From contig CM060732.1 of assembly GCA_030704615.1 (NCBI GenBank), positions 6,696,001 to 6,760,000 on the forward strand: DNA of 64,000 bases, read 5' to 3'. A program made the translations under genes and the position numbers. Positions 38,117-49,647 of this stretch are shown here, one piece after another; position 1 is the stretch's first letter; each line of letters opens with the position of its first letter. The DNA comes from Takakia lepidozioides. Lineage: Eukaryota; Plantae; Bryophyta. The notes below the pieces were generated by a model that saw only the letters and a list, made by a program, of their open reading frames with translations, was not told where the DNA came from and ran no database searches.

Positions 38117-41100
38117 TTAGCACTTTTTGACGTTGAGAGTTTCGTGGCGGACTGTGTGTACGAGCCCGAGGTTGTCTCTGGTTGACGGAGATGGTTGATC
38201 ACTACCTGGATAAGTGAGGCCCTCTGGAGGCTGATATCGAGGTAACCTTTCCGGCATAGGAGACCCCCGTCGCTTCTTCTCTGCCATCTGAACTGCATAG
38301 TCTTCTCCCATGTCAAAAGAATTCGGTGAAGAAACAGTTGTATCAGAATCCTCATCGCCTCTCAGGTGTTTAATTTTCGAACTTTTTGTGGAATCATCTG
38401 GGGCATACAATGCTGTCCTACCATGTCTGGAAGTTTTTTTTACAACTTGGTGTAACCGCTGAACAGCAAAATTGGTGTAGACACTGAGCTCCTTGTCTGT
38501 CCAGGTGAGTGGGGTACCAATTACTGGTGCCGCGTGCAAGTATTTCCATGCCACATGTCCCTTATAGAAAATGTCATCAATGCCGAATTTCTGTGTTGAC
38601 AAATGGTTCCAGGCCACTTGAAACCATGAACGAATTTGAGAATCCTTTTGCATCATAACTTTTGGGTCATATAGGTACATATGAGGTGGCACCGAAGGTA
38701 ATACCCAATGATCTCCACTGGAATAACTCAGAAAGCGTGTTTGCATCTTTTGTTGCTCAATGTGGTAACGTACCAGAAAACAAGCAGCGTAGTATAACCC
38801 GCATCCCATGACAATACTTGCTACTCCTTGGTCTTGGTATAAATGAGTCCATGTACAACCTGGAAAGCAATCAATTCCCTCAACATGGTACCTGCCTCGT
38901 GCCAGTATTGTGCAAAGTGATGATCTTCAATATGTCGATTGTTCGGAAGAACTTTAGTCCTAGTTGCCACTGGCAGCCAAATACGCATGATTTGGTAGTA
39001 ATGTGCGAATGACTGCGGAGGACTAAATTCTTTCCAAGCCAAATCCAACATGATGGGAATTTGGTTGAAGGGCATAATCATAGCCCTATTGTACTCCCTT
39101 GCAGCTGGAGTTTTAGGTGGGTTAAAGCAGCATTGCCCCATACCTCCGGCTGTGGTGGCTGTGGTGTGGTTGTAGTAACCACAGGTTCAGCTACTGGTAC
39201 AGTGACTTGTTGTGGTGGGGTGTACTGGCTCTTGTATCATTGGCATCTCCTGCACCTCCTGTGAAGACTGAAAAGCCAAAGTTCTGGCTTGTAAATAAGA
39301 AGTCATTAGCTGTTCCTGAGGGATATAGACTCTTTTGTCGATGTTTGAAGTGAGGTCTTCCACTTGAGTCTGCAGTCCGTCTACATCCTCTTGTAACTCT
39401 GCTATCAATGTCTATAGTAGTTGTGGCAATGTTCTGCACCCGCAGCCTGAGCTCATTCATCTCGCTTTGGGTGAGCTTTCGTGGTGCTTTGCCCTCTACT
39501 GGCCCTTGTGCTAACCAGACCTGCATAAGGCTGTTATCCACCAAGTTGCTTGTGGTTCCCCTGAGAGTTTGCTCCTCTCTTAGCTTGTACAATTCCAACT
39601 GCTGTTGTAAAGCCTCCATGCGCTTCGCCTGAGGTTCAACCAATTGCGCATAAGCAACAAGTAGATTATTGGCTTCCTTCCAAGCCTTGTTATTGACCGC
39701 GATTTCATTTCTATTGGCAATGATGGTTTGTTGCAACTCCACGATGTGCTTCTCTTGATCAGCTTCAATCTGCCTGTATTGCTTGAAAGTATCTTCATTG
39801 CAACAGATTGTATTCTTCATATCGACAATGAGCTTCATTTGCTCAACATTCTCTTCTTCTGCCTTCGTACATTTTTCCGCTTGACTGTTTATTCTTTGTA
39901 GATTGGTCAAGCATAGTTGTGAATGTAGCACATTGTATCGCCATCCTGTCATGCACTGTCTGCAACTCCGTATGTAGTGCATGCACTTCTTGCAACTTGC
40001 TTTCATGCTGCACCTGCATTTGGTATAGCTGTTGCTTATGTGCTTCGTGCAACTGGTCTTGCGCGAGGCCTGCCTCAATCAATTGTTCCTTGGCCAATTG
40101 CAAAGCCATTTCTGTATTTCCCAAGTCCTGCTGCATCTTGAGAGTGACCTCTTCATTGACCTTGTTTGCACACTCAGTGGCTAGTCGAGCCTCAAATTCC
40201 TTCCTCAGTTCCTCTCTCAAGGCTGTCAATTGGGTAATTGGAACATGGGATTTGACATAAGTCCCCAACAAATTAAGTGTTCTGCCTATGGAACTCATCA
40301 GCATTGCCTGTTGAGGGTCATCATGGTGAGGTTGTTGTTGTTCCTCCTGATCTTCAACATTGTGATGTCTCACGAACCATTCAGGCCATTGTCCCACCGG
40401 ATTTTCTTCCTGAACTACTTCATCTATCACCGGTGCTACAGTGTCATGACCTTCCGCCTGTGGTACCTCCGACACAGGTGTGTGTATTATATGCACCTCA
40501 GGATTTCCCTTGGGCAACTGTTGCACCTCTGGGATCTCTGTCTCCTTGACCAGACCAGAATATTCATAGAGAAGGTCCCCCTTCTCCATTTCTGCCACTA
40601 TCTGTTCTGTAGTTGGAATATCTAACCCTTCTCTTTCCAAATCAATTATTTCTGGTTGAGCTGCATGGATAACTTGTGACCTTGTGACAAGTCGATCAGC
40701 TGGCTGTGATGGTTGTGATACAGAAGTAACTTCCTCCTCCCTCTCTGAAGGTCCTGCTTCCAGTAATAGCATTTCTCTGTGCTGCTGTGCCCCTTCCTGG
40801 CCATGAGCTTGGGAAACATTATCATGCGGAATCCGTGAAGCCAGTGGATCCGCCACTACAGTCTTTCCCCGTCTCTGCCTCTTAGTCTCGGGTTGCCCTG
40901 CTAGTCCACCCTCACTGTGTGAAGAGCCTTGCTCTTCCATTGCAATTGTTTCTGGCTCAAACACTCCATTTCCTTTCTTTCTTGCGCATCAAGTATGCCA
41001 GAATCAAGGATTATTTGAGCAATGATTGGGCCAGACACTATGATAGGAGTCTTTGCGGTAGTACCTTGTAATCTTTTCATCTCCTCTACCAATGCGTTGT

Positions 41101-41131
41101 ACATTATGTCCGCCCATTGTACTGCAAGCAT
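38117..41131 (-). pseudogene. Extra sense ORF between pol and the 3' LTR (acidic/Gln-rich + coiled coil + globular C-terminus), frameshifted
   Basis: Chain of overlapping ORFs 40901-41131, 39843-40964, 39191-40078, 39187-39408, 38821-39141 and 38117-38809 with heptad-rich composition. Confidence 0.6.
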
Positions 41132-41689
41132 CGCTCAAGAGAAAAGCTCCGCTCTGTCCTTTCGTGTCTATGCCACTGCGTAAGTAATATTGCAAGCGTA
41201 TAGTCTGTTAGTTCCTCCATAGTTTCCAAGTTATAGCATTGATGGTCTGTCCCGTCGAGACGCCCGTACTCAGAACGACGCCGCCCTTGCGCTCAATTTC
41301 CCTCCCCTTTTCTCGATCCTTTCTCTGGTTTTCTATTGGCTGTATCCGCTGTGACTGGATTTTAGATTTATTTTCTTTAGTGGACTTTCCCTGTTGGATA
41401 GTCCACTAGGATCACACATGTGACAAGAATTCTGCTTTTCTATACTTGTCGTTCGTTCCGTTTCGCCCTAACCCTAAACTTCGCCTTTCATCCCTTTTGA
41501 CGGCCGTTCTTGTCCTGTTTCTTTTTGACACCTGTTCTTGCACTTCTTTTCAGCTGTGTGTCGTTGCCCTGACCTCCACGTGTCTATTTTTAAAGTAATT
41601 TCCGTTTTCTCTTCCGTCAGCCATTTTCCTGAAGTTATTATGCGTCCACTTGTCACTGATTATATGGATCGTGTGACTTAGTAGGGTGT

Positions 41690-41895
41690 TGAGCTGTGAC
41701 AGGCTGTGTCATATGTGTTACGCTGTGATAGGCTGTGATCCACTGTGGTAAGCTGTGATAGGCTGTGGACACGCTGTGGTAGGTTGTGAATGGGCTGTGT
41801 TGCGCCGTGCTGGGCTGTGATAGGCTGTGCTTTGCCTTGATGGGCTGTGATAGGCTATGTCACGTCGTGATGGGCTGTGATAGGCTTGTGTCACG
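41690..41895. repeat. GGCTGTG(A/T)-type short tandem repeat inside the retroelement
   Basis: Repeated GGCTGTGATA/GCTGTG units similar to the LTR repeat tract. Confidence 0.75.
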
Positions 41896-41945
41896 TTTGT
41901 TTTGGCCCCCTAGTCATATATGCTGGGCCTAGCGACATGCTCATA

Positions 41946-44900
41946 CTACTCCGTTCGTAACACTGGCAGCCCGTGACTGCTCTTGCGGTTCAACATGCAA
42001 ATCATATGCTGCAAGGGTTTGTCATGGATACCACTGTACCCCTTCAACTTACTGGCATTGACTCTTCCCAGCATTTCTTTGTTAATGGTTTGTAACATGG
42101 CAGTGTTGTTATCATACATCTTTTGTATGACATAAGGTCCTTTCCATGGTGATTTAAGCTTAGAAGCTTGAATCTTTCCTTTCTTCTGCAACCATAGAAC
42201 CAAATCCCCCGTCTTAAAAGTCTTTAACTTGCCTTCATCAAACTGTTCCTTTCGCTTCATCTGAATTCTGGTCATATTATCAGCTGCATCAGCACGTACT
42301 TCTTCCACATGGTATAATTCATGTTTCCTGACCTTGATGGAGTCTTGCAATTCCATTCTTTTCCCCCACTCCGTTCTTTATGGTAGGTAACAGGAATTCC
42401 ACTGGAAGTAAGGCTTCCATACCATATACTAATTGGAATGGTGTATACTTAGTGGTGACTTTATATGAAGTCATGTATGACCACAAAGCTGTCAGCAGCT
42501 TTGTATCCCAATCCGTTCTGTTTGCATTGACTATCTTAGCCAAGATAGTACATAGTATTTTGTTGGTAGCCTCTGCCTGCCCATTACCCTGTGGGTAATA
42601 TGTTGTACTCTTTCTATGCACAATCATAAACTCTTTAGTCAACAACTCAATGGTCTCATTCATGAAGTGACTTCCCTGATCACTGATAAATTCTAAGGGA
42701 CAGCCAAATCGTGTAAGTATGTTCTCGTACAGGAACCTTGCTGTGGACTTGGCTGTGTTGTCCCTCAAAGCTTTAGCTTCCACCCACTTTGTAGTATAAT
42801 CAGTGGCTGTAATTATGTACCTGTTTCGTGTATTCTTGGATGGTGGGTTAATTGGTCCAACAAAGTCTAGTCCCCATTTCTGAAATGGTTCCGTAGGCAT
42901 TGTAGGATGCAAGGCCATCCTTCCAGATCTCTGCAAAGGTCCTAGCCTCTGACATTCATCACACTTCTGACAATACTCGTGTACATCTTTGAACAAAGTA
43001 GGCCACCAGTATCCTGCGAGTAGTATCTTTCTACTGGTAGTCTCTTCTCCAAAATGACCTCCAGCCACTCCTTTATGAACTTCCGCCAAAACTTTATTTA
43101 CTTCATGGTGGTACAAGCATCGTTTTAGTACTCCATCAGGTCCTAACTTATACATTCTGCTTCCTACCATAGTATAAGGTAAAGCTTTGATAGCGATTCT
43201 CTTCCTCTGCTCCTTACCATAACTAGGTGGGCACTGACCATGAGCAAGGTAGTATCTGATTGGCCACTGCCAATCTAACCAGTCATCTGCACTTCCCTGC
43301 ACCTCCACTGCAAAGAGACTCGCATCTGGTAATTGATCATCTATTCCTGTGGCTGGTTCTCCTGTTGACAATCGTGACAAATGATCCGCCACAAGATGCA
43401 GTCTCCCAGGCTTGTAAACAACCTCGAACTCAAACTCGTGCAAGATTATCAACCATCTTGCTATTCTTCCGCTTATCAGAGGTTTGTTTACCAGGTATAT
43501 CAGAGCCTCGTGATCCACATAGAACATAAACTTCTTGCCCAACAGGTAATGCCTGAATTTCTTCACTGCATAGATCATTGCCAATGCTTCTCTTTCCGTT
43601 GTGCTATAGTTCCTCTCAGCACTGTTCATCAACCGGCTAGCATAGTACACAGGTGAATCTATATTCCCTGTAACATTCTGGGCTAACACCGCTCCCAACG
43701 CTTCTCCTGATGCATCGCAGTGAACATGGAATACTACATGCCAGTGAGGGTTAATCAGCACAGGTGTAATTGTTACTGATAGTGTAAGTTCCTCAAATGC
43801 CTGTTGACATTCAGCTGTCCAGGCAAACACTGCATCTTTCTTCAGTAGTTTGCTCAATGGTGCTGCTATTTGTGCATACCTTTTGACAAATCTCCTGTAA
43901 TAACTGGTTTGCCCAAGGAATCTCCGTAGACTTTTAACATTCACTGGTGGTGGAGAGGCTTTAATGGACTCTGTCTTTCTGGGATCCACAAGGAGTCCCT
44001 TCTTACACACAATGTGTCCCAGAAGCACCCCTGAGTTCACACAGAAAGTACACTTCTCTGGATTCAGGCCCAGACCTCTCATCCTGCATCTGGCCAAACA
44101 TAACTCCAATTTATGCAAGTGCTCACTCTTAGAGTTGTACACACTGAAATCATCCAAGAATACCTGCATGAAATCATCCAGATACTCATGAAAAGATTCA
44201 CTTATCACTCTCTGAAAGGTCGTTGGTGCATTACAAAGTCCAAAGGGCATGACTTTGTATGCATAAGCCCCCCAGTCTGTGATGAAAGTTGTTTTCCCTT
44301 GGTCTTCTTCTGCCACTTGCACTTGATTATAACCACTGAAGCCATCCATGAATGAGTACATCTCATGGCCTGCCACAGTGTCTAATACTGCTTCTGTGAA
44401 TGGCAAAGGGAAAGGATCTTTCTTCGTACAAGCATTCAGCTTCTTATAGTTCACACATACTCTTAGTTTGCCATTCTTCTTGGGAACTATAACAATGGGC
44501 GACAACCAAGTTGTATACTCTATTGGGTATATAAACTTAGCCTCAGCCAACTTCTTTATCTCTTCTCCAACCTTCTGTGCGTAGTTGGGATTCATTCTAT
44601 ACCTCGCCTGCTTGATTGGTACTGACCCTGGTTCCAGTTCAATCTTATGCTGACAGACTTCAGGTGGTATCCCTCTTAGATCCTCATAGCTCCAAGCAAA
44701 TACATCTCTGTATTTGATGAACAAGCTTTTAGCTTCTTCGAAGAATTCCGGCTCCAAATCAGCTCCTACTTTCACCATCCTTGGTTCCTCTTTAGTTCCC
44801 ACATTTACTTCCCTCACCTGCTCATCAGCTGTGATTGTCCAACCAGTCACCACTTCATCCTGTAAGCTCACAGTGGTTGGTTCTTCTAGGATTTCTATTT

Positions 44901-45066
44901 CTCCTTCTCTTTCTTCATAGAAATGTGATGGGTAAATGCTGGTTTCCTCTTCAGTTGGTGTTGCTGTCACTACACCACAGCAGATACCTCTCAAACAACT
45001 TAGGCTTTCCAGCCGCATTTCTGCAACCTGCTCCCACTCTGGGTGTGCAGCAAATAGGGTAGCTTC
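41946..45066 (-). pseudogene. pol: pol: RT - RNase H - integrase
   Basis: MPFGLCNAP, VFLDD, CDASG, ERNYSTTERE, HHCC zinc finger, WGLDFVGP, SDQG, PQGNGQAE; frameshift near 42370 before the WKGPY tail; in frame with gag across a TAG at 45067-45069. Confidence 0.95.
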
Positions 45067-48036
45067 CTACTCCTCATCCAGTCCTCCTTTCCAGTCATAC
45101 TCTCTGACTCCTCGAGGTCTTCTTGTAGCAGGTAATCTACTAGATTTCTTTGTGGTAATTTGTATCTCGTGTATCCCATTATGCACGGTTAATAACTGAG
45201 AATTCCAGTCATGGAATACCCTGGCCTGTTTCAGCCACGGACGTCCCAATAATAAGGAGTAAGCCTCCATGACTTCATCCATTTTTAATACAGTTACTGT
45301 GATCATAAAGATCATTTTCTGTATCTGTATCTTAACTCCTCTTATTAATCCCAATGGCTGTACACTTCTTTGATCTGCCATTGTTACTGTAAATGGGGCT
45401 GGTTTCATGTTACTTAGACCAAGCTTCTTCCTTAATTGGTCTGTCATGATATTTACTCCAGAACCACCATCTATCAGTACATCAGTTAGTTCTGTGCTTC
45501 CAATTCTCAATTGGATTACTGGCATAGAATCATCAAAGTCCATGACTGTTTCTCGCCCTTCCGGCTTCACATTATAACTGGTCACCTTGCTGTTCAGGTC
45601 TGTGTTTCCTGTCTCTTGGGCAATTCGATTGATTGCTTGATACAGCCTGTGCATACAATAAGGTGCCACAGCTAATAGCTGTCCAATGGTAATTTCTGCT
45701 TTGGTCTTGCATATTACTTCAGCCAAAGTCTCTTCATTACTTTGCATGTCTGCATCTTCTTTTTTCCTTTCTTCCTCACTCCCTTCTTCTTCTCCATCAG
45801 AATCAGAGGAATCTGCCACAGGAATATCAGTACTCTTCTGCATTTCCCTTATAGTATCTGCCACTTCCTTGTGCAGTTCCTTCTCATCTTTCCAAGTCTC
45901 TTCATCTTCAGGCATATCATTGCCACTTCCATTATCATCTTCTTCCTCTTCTACTGGAGGTATTAGTTTGGCTTTACTTATTGTTACTATCATTGTACTT
46001 ACTTCTGGTACAACACATGGCCTAACCATGTGAGCTGCCACCACTGGGCCCTCATTCACAGGAGCTCTCATCTCATTCTGGTGTCTTATCCAGAATGAAC
46101 AGGCTGCCTTGCGATGTCCTGGCTGATTACAATAGTAACATAGCTCTTCACCATTGGGTCCTCGCCCTTGGTCTGTTCTTGGATTATTTCTATAATCCTG
46201 ATTCCCGGGCTGGTAATTCCCCCTTGGATTACCCTGATAGTTGCCTCTGGAATTTCCTTGGTAATTCCCTCTTGAATTACCTCTCCCTTCCATGCCATTG
46301 TTATAACCACTAGACCTACCATAGTGGTCCTGATCATTGTTTGTTCTTGGCTGGGGCTGCACCTGATGCACCCTTACTTGCCTAGGTTCTCTTGCAGCTG
46401 TCCTTCTGTTGTAGTAACAATTCTCAGTAGAATGGTTATCCATTTTACAGATAGTACAGTGTTTCTCCTTCATGTGGCATTCTGTGGTGGTATGGCCTTC
46501 ATTCTGGCACTTTGCACACCATACACCCTTCCTCCAATGTGTTGCAGCCTCTGTGGCATACTTCTTCAAGATTTCTTCCAATTTTTTTTCATAGTTATCC
46601 CTCTTCAACTTCTCCTTTCTCTTACTCTTTCTTTTTAGTTCTTGCTCTTCTTCTTCATCTGACTCATCCTCAGAGTCCTCATCTTCTTTTTTCTCTCTCC
46701 TGAGCATTCCCAATTGCTCAATTCTATTCGCAGTTTCAAATGCCTCCTCCACTGTATTATGGGGTAACATATCCACTTTCTTTTGCAACTCTGGTCTTAG
46801 TCCACTCACAAACCAAGTCTTCTGTAAACCGGGTGCTGGTACTGCAGCCAGCTTTTTCATCATCAATTCCATCTTCTCCATATACTCTTCAACAGTTTCA
46901 TGCTTCTTCTGCTTCAGCTGTTGTAAACTTCCATACACTTCATCCTCAGTTTTACTTGTCCTGAACCTATTTCGAAATGTTGTATTCAAGCCATTCCAGG
47001 TTAGGAAATGATTATCAGGGAATCTTGCATACCATTCACTTGCTTTCTTGATAAGTGAACAAGGAAACAATCTCATCTTGGCATCATCGCCATTCTCATT
47101 GTTCACTATACACATGTGCTCAAATTGGCTAATGTGTACATCGGGATCCCCTTTTCCTGAATATATTGGAAAGGGTGGTTTTGCCCGTGTTGGTTGTAAC
47201 GCCATCTGTGGCCCTACCTTCTGCCCACTGACAGGTGCTGGCACCCTTGCTGGTGCTAGTCCTTCTGGACCTGTTGTTTTTGTGGTGGATCTTCCACCAA
47301 GTGGTGGCCCTTGAGCACTCCCTGCTTCTGGCCCCACGATATTCACAGTATTCCCAGCTTCAGTTGCACTACTTCCCACACTCCCTGTCCCCCCAGAGCC
47401 AGATCCAGGCAGCCCGCCTGATCCCCCTGAGCCGACACCTTCGTTGGCATGTGATCCAAGTGCTCCACTTGATCCAGGTCCAACGGGTTGGGATGTCCTG
47501 GTTGTAGTCTCAACCTCAGCTGTTGGGTCTACTTCTTCATATTCTTCCTCTTCCAATTTCTTCTCTCTGTTTTCATCCTCCAAGTTCTGCCCTTGGGTTT
47601 CTTCTTCACTCATGTAACTCAACTGTAATGGTGTTGGAGAGTCTGAACTCTCCGTTGGCTCTGCCACATCCTCTTCTCCTTCTTCACCTTCTGCTTCAGA
47701 AACTGGAGTTCCTACTTTTGGTGTTCCATGCCAACTCTTATCAAAGATTTCTGTCAAATCTTTTATCCAAGGATGTACCTCAGATCTTTCACCTCGTGAT
47801 TGATCTTCTTCCTGTACCAATTCCCTTAATCTTTCTTGCAAAGAAACAGAAGAAGTGGCATCCAACTCTAGTTCTTCCGGTATAGGTGATGTACTCTTTG
47901 ATCTTAATGGTGTGAGAGGTCCAGATGATTCCCCTATGTCTATTCCTCTCTCCCAAAGATATGGATAATTAGCTTTCAGATAGCTTTCTCTTTTTGCTGA
48001 ATATCTCTGGCGTCTAGCTTCTCTTTCATCACTCAT
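45067..48036 (-). CDS. gag: gag + aspartic protease
   Basis: Retrotrans_gag-like RLFPCSLIKKASEWY, three CCHC knuckles (CAKCQNEGHTTTEC, CTICKMDNHSTENC, CYYCNQPGHRKAAC), LIDGGSG and LLGRPWL. Confidence 0.92.
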   Translation of the reverse strand: MSDEREARRQRYSAKRESYLKANYPYLWERGIDIGESSGPLTPLRSKSTSPIPEELELDATSSVSLQERLRELVQEEDQSRGERSEVHPWIKDLTEIFDKSWHGTPKVGTPVSEAEGEEGEEDVAEPTESSDSPTPLQLSYMSEEETQGQNLEDENREKKLEEEEYEEVDPTAEVETTTRTSQPVGPGSSGALGSHANEGVGSGGSGGLPGSGSGGTGSVGSSATEAGNTVNIVGPEAGSAQGPPLGGRSTTKTTGPEGLAPARVPAPVSGQKVGPQMALQPTRAKPPFPIYSGKGDPDVHISQFEHMCIVNNENGDDAKMRLFPCSLIKKASEWYARFPDNHFLTWNGLNTTFRNRFRTSKTEDEVYGSLQQLKQKKHETVEEYMEKMELMMKKLAAVPAPGLQKTWFVSGLRPELQKKVDMLPHNTVEEAFETANRIEQLGMLRREKKEDEDSEDESDEEEEQELKRKSKRKEKLKRDNYEKKLEEILKKYATEAATHWRKGVWCAKCQNEGHTTTECHMKEKHCTICKMDNHSTENCYYNRRTAAREPRQVRVHQVQPQPRTNNDQDHYGRSSGYNNGMEGRGNSRGNYQGNSRGNYQGNPRGNYQPGNQDYRNNPRTDQGRGPNGEELCYYCNQPGHRKAACSFWIRHQNEMRAPVNEGPVVAAHMVRPCVVPEVSTMIVTISKAKLIPPVEEEEDDNGSGNDMPEDEETWKDEKELHKEVADTIREMQKSTDIPVADSSDSDGEEEGSEEERKKEDADMQSNEETLAEVICKTKAEITIGQLLAVAPYCMHRLYQAINRIAQETGNTDLNSKVTSYNVKPEGRETVMDFDDSMPVIQLRIGSTELTDVLIDGGSGVNIMTDQLRKKLGLSNMKPAPFTVTMADQRSVQPLGLIRGVKIQIQKMIFMITVTVLKMDEVMEAYSLLLGRPWLKQARVFHDWNSQLLTVHNGIHEIQITTKKSSRLPATRRPRGVREYDWKGGLDEE

Positions 48037-48624
48037 GTCCCATGTCTTTCATTTCTTTTAATGTGGCAATAACCAAAACTCTCTTCTGTAATATCTCTCG
48101 TATATGCCTGGGTTTCTTTCAAGCTTCAATGCACCCTTGGCTATACTTGAAGTCTCCGTTACCATATAACCATATGGCAAACAAGTCTGAAAAGCTATTC
48201 TTGGTGTGAGTTTGATCCACAAAATATCCTTTGGAATCCAATTCTTTACCAGTACAAGCTCTTCATGCATATGAGTATAAACATTCACCTTTCTTTCTTC
48301 CCAGCCTTCAAACTCTACTCGTTTAATGGATAGCAATGCTATCACATAAACCAATGTTGGTAACCAATGTGCTCTTCCTCTACAGGCTACCTGATAAATC
48401 TTTATCACTCCTTTCTCCAGACCCCATTCTGGATCAGCATCATGCACTCGCTTAAGAATATTTCTTTACAACCGTCTGGCAATTCCAAGAACCTTTGAAA
48501 GAATTGTTTGGACAATCTTTCTTCCTTCATTCCACAGGGAATTTGATTCACTTCAAATTCTTTAATGGTCCAACCACCATGATCCCACCAGATGCCTGTC
48601 ACATCTGGTTGTTCATGACTCAGT

Positions 48625-48642
48625 TCCCCAGTATGGTCGCCA
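48625..48642 (-). promoter_or_regulatory. Primer-binding site (tRNA-Arg-like)
   Basis: TGGCGACCATACTGGGGA, 2 nt after the 5' LTR; tRNA identity inferred from resemblance to plant tRNA-Arg 3' ends. Confidence 0.75.
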
Positions 48643-48644
48643 AA

Positions 48645-49647
48645 TGTCGCGCGGCTTTTACTCACCCATCCCTTCGCTATTCGAGGCGGAAACTCCAAGA
48701 TAGAAGAGTTGGAAATCTCTAAGTACTCAGCCCGCGCAGAACAATCAGTCATGACCTACAGCTAGTGTATCATGGGGGTGTTTCCTATTTGTTTCCCTTT
48801 TGGTATTCATGTTAGCTATCTTACCCTTGATAATTAAGTATCAGTTTGCTTTATCAATCTATTGGATTCCATCAACTCATCCATTCATTTCACAGCTTCA
48901 CTCAGATCTCTCTACACAGTGTGATTGTATCGTAAAAGTATCCGATTATGATTTATCAGGTATCAGGCCGAAGCCATTGTGTCTCCAATCTACTCTACAA
49001 TATCATTACAGCCTTGCATATATCAAGCATCTACTCATCATCTCTCTATCTTCACTTCCGTTCTTCATCTTTGCCCGATCCCCTCTCCTCCATGACCAAG
49101 AAGTCCTCCTCCGAATGATATCCCTCGATTCCCCGTTTTCCCCTTTATCTTCCTATCCGTGGTTCTAACCGTTTCCCTCATTAACCGTTGTCTGTGAACT
49201 AACATGTTTCCTTCGCAGGTGTTGTTCCTCACAGTCGTTCCCTGTCCTACTCTTCGTTCCCTATGATCGTGACAGCTCTGTCAAGCTGTGACTGGCTGTG
49301 TGAAACTGTGACGGGCTGTGACTGGCTGTGCGACTGTGTTTGGCTGTGTCGGGCTCTGACTGGCCGTGTGGCTGTGTCGGGCTGTGTCGGCTGTGACGAC
49401 TGTGTCTGCTGTGACGACTGTGAGGGGCTGTGTCTGCTGTGACGGGCTGTGTTGGCTGTGTCGGCTGTGTCTGCTGTGACGACTGTGACGGGCTGTGTTG
49501 GCTGTGTCGACTGTGACGACTGTGTAACCCCCCTCTACAGTGCGCTGTTGTCACCCCTAAGGCTCATGTTGGTCTCAGTCTATGCAAAAAATAAGGGTAC
49601 CCTACAGATCCCGTATAAGTGTCTAAGTCCCCGACAGTCCTCTAACA
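48645..49647 (-). repeat. 5' LTR
   Basis: TG...CA ends, adjacent to the PBS. Confidence 0.95.

Larger units (their letters stand above)
37085..49647 (-). mobile_element. Ty3/gypsy LTR retrotransposon nested in the cargo gene
   Basis: LTRs 37085-38048 and 48645-49647 (TG...CA), PBS, PPT, and gag-PR-RT-RH-IN order. Confidence 0.96.

Noticed and set aside
45067-45069. Programmed stop-codon readthrough between protease and RT
   Set aside because: The position after PR is atypical and the element has other lesions; a point nonsense mutation is simpler. Would be reconsidered if the TAG is conserved in other copies
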